Assembly (NCBI GenBank): GCA_043228905.1
Contig: JBHGNT010000009.1
Location: 15,872,001 to 15,936,000, forward strand
Length of the DNA: 64,000 bases
Reading direction: 5' to 3'
DNA from: Azolla caroliniana
Lineage: Eukaryota; Plantae; Polypodiophyta
Part shown: in pieces, positions 24,824 through 35,294 of the stretch
Layout: the number at the start of each line of letters is the position of its first letter
How positions within the stretch are numbered: the stretch's first letter is position 1
Made by a program: the position numbers and the translations under genes
Notes under the pieces: model-generated
The model's database searches: none
Seen by the model: only the letters and a program-made list of their open reading frames with translations
Told to the model about the DNA's origin: nothing

Positions 24824-26340
24824 AGAACATCTTTTCTTCAATTTGTTTTTCATCTCACTTAGAAACATCCATCTTGACTAGTAGTTCTTCTAAGGTTTGG
24901 GTTGAAATGGTAGTGGTGGGGAGTGTCTGGAGAAGCCGGTGTAGAGAGCTCCCGTTGTAACCATCATTGTATCCATAGCTCCTCCTATGTTCTATTCTAC
25001 TACTTCATCATGATCGCCATATCCTTCAAAGTGTTCTCCATTTTGTCTTCAAGACGCTTATTGAATGTTTGGTGTTCATCATTGTTCTATTCTTGCATGC
25101 GATACAGATCACGTTTCATGGAGGTGATCTTTGAATAAAGAAACTTCTCTCATCTTTCTGCAGCAGCGAGCTTCTCCTCCATAGCTGACAGGTGGGACAA
25201 AAGATTCCTCAAGCTTTATAGACTCATTCATCAATAGAAAAACTGAAAAGTGATGGATCAAATCAGGAAGAGTTGAAATGGAAAAGAACATTCCCCCTCT
25301 AGTAGTCAAAAAGGAAAAGGAAAACTAAAGAGAGAAGCCAATGTCTTTCACTATAAAGTGGCAATACACTAGATGGAGATGGAGATGGAGGTCTTCCGTG
25401 TGCAAGAACCTATGCGAGATGAAGAAATGGAGGGAATGGATGGAATAAAGAGGGAGATAAAGAGACTTCCTCTCAAGGGAGGGTCGGTCGTAGGGCGTGC
25501 CAAGTGTTTATGGGTGGATGGTGGAGCCAAGAACAACTCCACCCCCCTCCCAAGGAGGTTACACATGAGGGAGAGAGAAACAAAGATACAAAAATGAGAG
25601 GGGAAACTTCTTCTATTACATGATGCCCCATGGTTGGGGTTTATATATGTACAAGAGGTAACCGTTACAAATAAAGAATGAGACAAGTAGGGAGTTACAC
25701 TACTTACCCACTCTGTCATCTTTGTACACATCCACACAAATCTGCATGTGTTCATACACATATTCATCCTCACACATTCATATACATTACACATATACAA
25801 CAACTACTTTATCGTGCTCCACCCTTATACCCCCCCGTATAACTTCTACGGGTAACAATTGGTGTAATGCCCTTCTTTTTGACCATTATAGAAAGTCGGC
25901 TTCACCGGCTCACTTAGCTCTCCTCTGCCCATTAAGGCCTGTTGTGGGCCAATAGTCAGTTGTGCTGCCTCCTCCTGATGTCATGGGTTATAATCGAATT
26001 TCCTAGCACTCCAAGGCCTTCGCCTATTGTCGAGGGCCCTTCGGTTCTCCTACGATTGGAATCGACTATTCCTTTGCCTATTGTCCTCAAACCATCTCTA
26101 GTCATATTGTCAGCGTTAATCTCTATCTCGCCGGGAATTGGCAAAACCTATTGTTACTCCCTCCTAGAGAAAAAATCTTCGATTACCCCTCCTGAGTAGT
26201 CGGATCAAGATATCGTGGTGCGAAGGATATTGAGGTCACAACCCCACTGTTGAGACCGTTAACCGAAGAGTCCCAAAGTAAATGGACTTCCTCGTTGTAT
26301 TTGTGATTTCCATAGATCCTTATTTAGACCACCCTACGTA

Positions 26341-26536
26341 TATGGGGTTACAACCCACTAAATCAAGAACTGTGTTCCGTGAGATCGGCTACAATCAATC
26401 CTTAGACATGCCTTAGACCCCACTTCTATGTATGTGTACATATATATATATGGGGTTACAACCCACTAAATCAAGAATTGTGTTCCGTGAGATCGGCTAC
26501 AATCGATCCTTAGACACGCCTTAGACTCCACTTCTA
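26341..26536. repeat. Two-copy ~108-bp tandem repeat within an LTR-like segment (~25863-29760, split by gypsy C)
   Basis: TATGGGGTTACAACCCACTAAATCAAGAA... occurs twice. The surrounding segment has TGTAA...TTACA ends but no TSD. Confidence 0.7.
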
Positions 26537-26546
26537 TATCTATATT

Positions 26547-29388
26547 TGTCGAGACTCGTGGGTAGAAGATAGAGTGAGAGCGAGAGCGAAAGAGAGAGGG
26601 TGTGTGTGTGTGCGTGAGAGAGAAAGAGAGAGTGAGAGCAAGAAGACTTGAAATAGAAATGAGATTATATTATGATGAAACAAGATTACAATGAGTAGGC
26701 TAAGGGCTAAAGACTGGTGTTGAACCGAATGAGTTGAAACGAATGTATAGATAGTTATTTATAGGTCCTTATGGAGTAATCTAGAATGTTCTAGAATATT
26801 TTAGATTTTATGATAAGAAATATAATCATGAAATATTAAAGGATGTTCTAGAATAATCTAGAATATTTTAGAATATTCTAATATCTTGTGATAACTAGAA
26901 ACATAATTATTATAATCACACAACATATATGTTATTACAATGGTTAAGGGTTCAACACATAGACCAAGAAGTCATGGGTTCGATTCTTGATAACCAAAAT
27001 GTTGTCTTCATGACATTATTCTCCCCTTTCGATGACGAGTTCCACGAGTCGGAAGACAAGAGTTCGGACTTGGTTTATGGGGATATTTGTCGTGAAATGC
27101 AAAAACCATGTCAGAGGCATTAGCAAGATGCTTGGTAGGCTCCCATGTTCGATCATTAGGTGTATAACCTAACCAATCAACCAAATAATATAGTTTGTTG
27201 CGGATGATCTTGGAGTCGAGAATAGCAGCAACCTCATATTCAAAGCCATGGGAAACTTTGATTGGAGGTGGGGGAGGTGTAAGACGGCCCGGAATAGAGC
27301 TTGTTGTGTAGGGCTCCAAAAGTGAAATATGGAAAAACCGGTGAAGACACATATGAGGAGGGAGATCAGGACGAAATGTCACATCATTGATCTTACCAGA
27401 GATCACATATGGGCCGAAACGTTGATAATCCAATTTGTAGCAAGGTCGAGTGGTTTTAATGGTACCTTGTAAGAGCCATACACGATCTCCTACTTGAAAC
27501 GTAGTCGATGAATCACGCCGATGACGATCAACAATCTTCTTTTGAGTGTTTTGGGCATCACATAAATGATGCAAAAGTATATCTTGAATTTCTTGGAGTC
27601 GAGTGAGCCGATCTTCAGCAGTTGGGTTTTTCAGGAGTTCGGGATGTTCAAGCATCGTCCAACGAGGATGGTACCCAATGTTAGCAAAAAATGGGGAATA
27701 ACCAGTAGAAGAATGTTCGAAGTTGTTGTAAGCAAATTCCGCCAAATGTAATAAATCCACCCAATCATCTTGTTGATAGTTGACAAAACAATGTAGATAT
27801 TGTTCGACTGTTTGGTTGGTGCGCTCACTTTGCCCATTAGTCTCTGGATGGTAGCCGGAAGAGAGTTTACAAGAAGTATGTAAGAGTTTGAACATGTGCT
27901 GCCAAAATTTCGAGATGAATTGGGGACCCCGATCACTGATAATATCATCTAGAAGACCATGATGGCGAAACACCTCCCGCATGAGTAAATCGGTTGTCTC
28001 TTGACTAGTAATGGTCTTCGTGCATGGAAGGAAATGCGCCATCTTCGTAAAATGATCGACTACCGTGAGAATAGAATCAAATCCCTTGGAAGGTGGAAGA
28101 TCCGTAATAAAGTCCAAGGATATAGATTTCCATGGGCTCTCCGGAATAGGCATTGGCTGTAATAGGCCATATGGATGATGTCGAGGCTTTTTTGATCGGC
28201 AACATGTATCACAACTACGAACATAATCCATAACAAAATGGCGAAGCCGTGGCCACCAATATCGGCGAGAAATCAACTCAAAAGTCTTGTGGATGCCGAA
28301 ATGTCCAGCCATTGGCGTGTCATGACATTGTTGCATGACTTTGAGCCGAGAAGGACCGTCAGGCACATACAAGAGAGTTTGTCGAAAAAGCAAACCATCA
28401 TGCCAATTGAACTCGGTGTAGTCTAGACGAGGATTTTTAGATTGAGAGCTGGAAGCACGATCTGGGATAATATGACTCAAAACCTCTTGGGCGAATGCAT
28501 CTGTCACAATCTGCTCCCAAATGGAATCAAGAAGCCTCGAATCTCCTGGTGTGTTGATAGTATGTATTGCCATTACTCGTAGACGATCAGGACCTAAGAG
28601 GATTTGCTTTTGACTTTCAAATGCGGCCTCTCCTGGTTGAAGTTCCATATACGAACGTCGAGATAAAGCATCTGCTTTTCCTTGTTGCATCCCAGGGCGA
28701 TATAGAATTACAAAATCAAAACGAGTTAAGAATTGCGCCCAACGAGCTTGTCGACGATTCAAAACTCGAGCACTTTGGAAGTATGTTAGATTTTTGTGAT
28801 CATTGAAGACAATAATCTGTTGAGAAGAACCCTCCAAAAAATGTCGCCATTGTTGAAAAGAATCCACAATGGCAAGAAGCTCTTTGTCGTGAATCTCATA
28901 GTTGATTTCTACGGCTTCAAATTTCCGTGAGTGAAAAGCCACAGGGTGCAGTTCGCCATCTTCACCAATCTGGGATAGTATGCTTCCAAGTGCGAAATCA
29001 GATGCATCAGCTTCAAGTATAAAGCGCCTCATTGGATCGACATGCATTAAAATTGGTGCAGATGTAAACGCTTGAAACCGAATGAGTTGAAACGAATGTA
29101 TAGACAGTTATTTATCGGTTCTTATGGAGTAATCTAGAATGTTCTAGAATATTTTAGATTTTATGATAAGAAATATAATCATGAAATATTAAAGGATGTT
29201 CTAGAATAATCTAGGATGTTCTAGAATAATCTAGAATGTTCTAGAATATTCTAATATCTTGTAATAACTAGAAACATAATTATTATAATCACATAACATA
29301 TATGTTATTACAATGGTTAAGGGTTTAACACATAGACCAAGAAGTCGTGGGTTCGATTCTTGATAACCAAAATGTTGTCTTAATGACA
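26547..29388 (-). mobile_element. Ty3/gypsy chromovirus copy C (second family), internally deleted
   Basis: 3' LTR 26547-27015, PPT GAAAGGGGAGAATAA, open RH-INT-chromodomain frame 27008-29047, partial 5' LTR ~29075-29388. Flanks ATATT and ATATC inside an (ATATCT)n tract. Confidence 0.93.
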
Positions 29389-30663
29389 ATATCTATATCT
29401 ATATCTATATCTATATATTAGATCGTACAGAGATAGAACACTGAAGTTAACCACAAAGTATATTCCATTAGAAATGTATGCACACAGATACAAGTACCAA
29501 ATACTAACGGTAAAACACTCACTCACTCTCTATATTCTTCTATTCCTGTCCTAGTCCTCTCTTTCTCCTCTCCCTTTTGTGTTCGCTAATACCCGATATA
29601 TATAGTCCCCTTATGCTTGGCGCTTTCCAACTGTTCCTTCCTTAATATTTGGCTTCCTTTGTTCGACTGCTAGTGCTTGGCTCCTTTTGATTCGTTTCAC
29701 ACCTTGTCACACTTCTCCCACCGGGTAACACCTGGCACACCCGTGGGACAATGCCTTACACGTTGAACCCAACTCGAAAAAGAGTTCAGAAAACTCGAAA
29801 ATAAAAAAAATCGAAAGAATAAAAAATGGGTAATATACATTATTCTTCTTCCAAAATGTGCAAGATGCTCACCAATTTCTGCGAGTTATCTGCTTTGTCA
29901 GCGAATCAGGCCAAGTGGTCGGGCCGTGTGTTTTGCTCCTTGGCCGTTGGTTGTGGTCTGCAGGGCTGGTTCGCTGAGTGCATTGTTTAGGTCAGTGTGT
30001 TGGTGGACCGAGTCTTCTTGCATATCTGTTCCTCGTTTCCCAATGTTACTAACAATCGGCAACAGTTCGGTTCGAACCAAACCAAACCGCGAAATCGCAG
30101 CTTACTGGTTTAAACGGTTTGGTTTGGTTTGGTTCAGGTTTGGATTTTCACAAATGGTTCGGTTCAGTTTGAGCCCTCATCAACTTAACGGTTTCAGTTT
30201 TAAACGGTTTAATGGTTTGGTGAAACACTTTTATAAATATTTTCTCTCAACACATTTTTTGAAGTTCAATTCTATCAATTTAAGAAAAAGGGATCATTCA
30301 TTCAATAAAATTTAACCTAGCTTTTAAAAAACACTTATGTTGTGAGTAAGGATTTTGTACACATGTTTTCCTTTTATTTCTTTATCAAACAGTAAACTCT
30401 CGAGTCGTGATTCTCGTCTCCTTCTTCTTCTGCAGTAGTCAGGCTAGCTTGTGAGTGTAAAAACTAATCAGGTATTTTTCCTAAACACAGTTACACAAGT
30501 TTTTGTACTTCTCATCCCAATTCTTTGACTCAAAGAAGTATTTATGTTAGTGTAATCGTACATATTTATGTCCAATCGTTATGATATTGGGGTTTAGGGT
30601 TGAAATATTGTGTGGTTATCTTTCTAAACTCTCAGGGTCTATCATACTTTGGAATTTGAATGG

Positions 30664-30956
30664 TTAATTAATAATGATCCTGTTTGTATTACCATCACAT
30701 GCCTGTCCTGATACAGCTTCTTGCAAAATCAATGTATTTTTAGTTATTTCTTCCACATTCTCACCAAACATAGACTTCCTCAATTCATCCATAGCTTTCT
30801 TTATCCGATCCAAATCCTCTTGAGGAGCACCTTTCTCTTTATCTTCTGGGTACTCTTCTCAGCAAATGCAATAATTTGCTCCCCGTTTTCTTTTGCATAA
30901 GCAACATTCTTTCTCTTTTCATCTTCGTCAGCATATATCTCTACATCCTTCACCAT
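30664..30956 (-). pseudogene. Captured Hsp70/DnaK C-terminal lid-like fragment inside the hAT element
   Basis: Manual translation across two compensating frameshifts: MVKDVEIYADEDEKRKNVAYAKENGEQIIAFAEKS...EKGAPQEDLDRIEKAMDELRKSMFGENVEEITKNTLILQEAVS. This follows the residue pattern of the organellar Hsp70/DnaK lid as recalled from memory. Confidence 0.7.
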
Positions 30957-32367
30957 CCTAACTAGTTGATTTATGCTTAGAATGGAATTGTCTTCCTAGT
31001 GGATATATATTGCATGCATGTCAAAATGCTATAGCTCAATCTATCATAACAATCTCTTGGAGACTTCCATAGAAGAGATTTATAGAACAACCCAATCAAA
31101 AATCAAGGAAAATGGGAGAATAGAACAAAAAAGAAAAGCTTCATAAACCTAGACTTTGGATGCTAAGAAACCATGATTTTCTTCAAAGGAAATTGTTGCT
31201 CCATTTCTGAAGTAAAAAATGACATTTCTTGCGTCTATGGAACACATGTATTGAGTAGATAAGGCAATAGTTAAAGTCTATATTTTTTCCTACCGTGCCT
31301 TCATCATCAAGAACCCTTGCAACATAGCATTCATTAGTTGTAGTTGATGTGATATAAGATTTTCTTTTGCTCATCCAATCAGTCAGAGACATTCACAAGA
31401 AATAAACCTATAATGTGCAATATTGTTTCTTGAATATCTAAAGATCCTCTTGGGTTGTTCACTGTGCATCTTATAAATAGGCATCTTGCCCCTGAGTTTG
31501 CTCTAATCTCCTGTTTGTAAATTAAATTTGCGTCCTAGCTCTGTGTAATCATCAACCTTTGTTAAAAACTCCTCTGAAGAGATCAAATTGAAGAAGAAAC
31601 TCCCAAGAAAAATGTAAATTGAATGCAACTATATGTATTCAAAGGGCTAAACGTTGGCATAACACAGTAACGTGTGATGTTGAAATGATAATGGAGGAAA
31701 AAATGGCGCAAAAGGAATTAAAATTGACTTCAAAATTATCAAGATTGAAATTGTGGTAACATCCCTTTTAACAAATAAAAAATTATACAGAAGTATAGAA
31801 CATTGTCACAAGGGATGGGGTGTAAGACCAGAGTCCAGGAATGGGGAGAGACAATCAGGAGTCAATGCAATATAGAAAAGTAAAGGTAAAATATATCTGT
31901 AAGTACATATGCTCTAAGATATATTGAAAGCATACAAGTGTCAAAAACAGACCACCCCGAGAAGGGATAGGGATGATAATGCACAAGCAGGCTTCCATGA
32001 GGGGCAATTCGTGTTAGCAATAAGGCATTAAAATCATTGGAAATAAATGGGCAGCCCATGGGTATAATTTTCAAAATTTGAATATTCTTTCCAGTACACT
32101 TCAAATTCTAAAATAGTTCTTAATGTAATATTTCATTCAAAGTGTATACAAAGTTCAAACCAAATAATATTATACTAGAAGTTGAGGCGAATGATGCCAT
32201 GTTGACACTAAAGAAGTTAAATGAATGTATATTGAGCTAATTATAAATTGCAAGTTGATTATAATCCTTAAATATGTTGTGTAAAATTTCACGTTAACTT
32301 TACAGGACATTATGGATTAAATTTGTACGAAAAAGAAAACAAAAAACTTTAGATCGCAGGTAGCACT

Positions 32368-33879
32368 GTGTCTACAAACTTGTATCTAAAATCTTCCCTA
32401 ACATCTGATGGTGCTAGTGATGCTATTATGGCCTCGAATGAGTTGGGTAGATTGTTACATGATATGCATGGAGATGATATTTTGCCTTCATCAAATATGT
32501 TGAGATGTATGGTTCATGTATTTCAACTTGGTATTAAGGCTGCATTAGAGGTCATCTCACCTTCCACTATGAAGTCGAGAAATATTTTGTTATCCATATG
32601 TTCTAATAAAATTCGTAGAGCTATATTTAGAAAGTATTCTAAATCAATGTATGAGCATGGAGAGCAGGAGCCACCTTGCCTTGATATCATTACAAGATGG
32701 AATTCCACCTTAGAAATGTATCAAGAAGCCTTGAAACTTAGAGATGTTTTAAGTTGCACTATAGCCGACTCTATTATTGTTGTGGATTTCGTTGATAGTA
32801 TGCTTACTATAGATATTGGAACCACATACAAGCAATGGAGCAATGGCTTCTTCTACCTTCTAGAATTTGTACCTATTTAAGTGGGTCAAAGTACCCCACC
32901 CTCTCAATAGCTTCTCTTGCCTTCAATGGCATGTTAACACATTGTAACAAGTATTTGGGAGTGGATGTGGGATCAATAGAATCTAGCTCAAGTAAGGAAA
33001 CTCTCGAACTGCAAGAAAAAGCCAGTGAGAAATGTTTCCAATATTTGATAAGATATCAAGAATCGTTGAAATTCATATATTCTCGAATTGCGATCTTTCT
33101 TGATGCACGGTATGTTACTCTATTAATAGTTTTTTTCATACATAATAAATTGATTGCTATATGTTTTCTCATACATAATGTGTTTCATCTTCATATATGT
33201 TTTTTCAGAGTTCCAATATCCAATAACACAATTGAGAGGAATTTGGATATTGATTTGGTTCACAAAGTATTGGAAAAAAATTATGTAGTTTATGTTCCAA
33301 ACTCTATTGATGAAACACATGAAAGAAATCTTACAAAACATGAAGATATTTGGGAAATCTTAGGTGTCAATAAGCCTTCTCAAGAATCAATGTCATCTTC
33401 ACAATTAGAAATAGAACAGTTTATGAGATTTCCTCGAGCACAAACCAATACCGATCCAATTCAATGGTGGTTCAACAATAGGTTTGCTTCACATTTCTCA
33501 ATTATAAATTTAACATTTTTCATCAATTTTGTGCAAAACCAGTTTCTAAATGTTTGTTTACATTTAAACCAAGTTTGCTTTACCTCAAATGTACAAGATG
33601 GCGTGTTACTATTTAGCAATACTAGCATCATCAGTGCATTCAGAGGAGGCTAATTCTGAAGCAAAATATAACTTTCAAGATAGAATTTGTCTACACTCAT
33701 GCACTTTCAAGGCTGAAATGTGCATTAGGTCATGGTTGGATGTCCTTAATGAGGCAAATGTTTCATTACCTAAAGACTTTAGTGAAGCGTATAATAAGTT
33801 GGATATAGATGTGGAAGATATTGCTATGGAGGATGATGTAGTTGACTATATTTTGAGTCAAATTAGAACATGTGCTTAA
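32368..33879 (+). pseudogene. hAT transposase (catalytic and dimerisation regions), frameshifted, with two inferred introns
   Basis: TSDGAS (first D), CMVH, DIITRWNST, FLDAR, WW..N, ASSVHSEEANS. Introns 33110-33208 (GT-AG) and ~33482-33572 (decayed acceptor). No BED finger recognised. Confidence 0.9.
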
Positions 33880-35294
33880 TTGCCCATATATTTCTTTTTA
33901 ATTTCGAACATTTTACTTTTATACTCTTGTCATTCATATTTGTAAAGAATCGGGTATGATTCTTGTGTAGCGGAAGAGATATGTGTTATGTGTATGTGTG
34001 AGAGGAAATAGAGAAGAGAAGAGAAGACACAAGATGGATAGATAGAATTGAAATAGAATAATCAAGAAGAAGAAGAACATGTATATTCACAAGGAGAATA
34101 TGAAATACAAAAATGTAGCATTACAAGGAGTCACAACCGACTTAATATGAAGTATGGGGAGGGTGCTTTATATATAGTAACCCTCTCTCTTCATTAACTA
34201 ACTACAACAAACACTCTCTCTTGGGGAATGTGAAGACTCATTGTCATGGGGAATATGTAACTCATTAGTTATATGTCATAGAATATGATTCTATGACACA
34301 TAGTTAATGTGTAGAGAGTAGTGGTGTCACTCTTGACCTTTGAGTAATCATAGATTCTCAAAAAGTGTGTTCACACGTTGAACTATGTTGAGCTTGATTC
34401 TCAACACACACCCTCAAGCTCAACTCGGCTCGGTTCCTTTCTATTGATGTTCGCTTCGGCTTGTATCCGGTTCGGACGATCTCTGGTGTCCGCTTCGGCT
34501 CGTACCCGGTTTGGATGGTATCTGGTTCTTGCTTGTACTCCTCCTCAAGCTTGGCAAGTCAATGATCGCTAATCCAAGGTCTAACATGAATTGCCAAAGC
34601 TTGTCAGCACCTAGGGTCTTGGTGAAGATGTCAATTGTCTGAAAATTCGTGTTGATGTGTAGAAGATCGACATCTCCGGCTTGAGCACGCTCTCGAATGA
34701 AGTGGTAGTGCACTTCGATATGCTTTGTTCGTTCATGGAACACTGGGTTTTGGGCCAGATATATACTACTCATGTTGTCGCAGTAAATGGGAGTCAGATC
34801 CTTGATGGGAACGCCCAGATCCTTCAAAATCTTCGTGAGGCATACGGCTTCACACGCAGCTACGGTTGTTAGAACCAAGGATAAAGGATAGAGTGATGGA
34901 AGAAGGATATTAGAGAACACGAGAAGAAAGGAACGAAATACTAACAGAAGAATGGATGTATAAGATAGAGAAAGAAAGAGAATGGATACAAGATATGTAA
35001 TGAGAGCTAAACACTGGTGTTGATTCGAATTGATTTGAGAATACATGTATGCCCTTATTTATAGGTTCCTATAGAATAGATTAGAGATTTCTAGAATGTT
35101 CTATAATGTTCTAGACCTAGAATGCTCTAGGACATTCTAGAACATTCTAGAATAATCTAGACGTTTTACAATAATCAATGTAATACAAGAAGTAGCTTTT
35201 ATTGTTTCATATAACAATAAGCTATCTTAATGGTTGAGGTTTTCAAGTTTGGATTACAAGGTTCGAGGTTCAAGTCCGGGTGACGCCATAATGG

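Noticed and set aside
26930-26996. Possible tRNA gene (A box, B box, 3' CCA)
   Set aside because: Acceptor, anticodon and T stems do not pair properly and it lies within an LTR. Reported as a tRNA-like cassette instead.
25863-29760. Possible solo LTR with TGTAA...TTACA ends hosting gypsy C
   Set aside because: No matching TSD and no second copy in the window, so it is not called as a defined element.
30589-30601. GGGTTTAGGGTT telomere-like motif
   Set aside because: Fewer than two units. At most a telo-box, and expected by chance.
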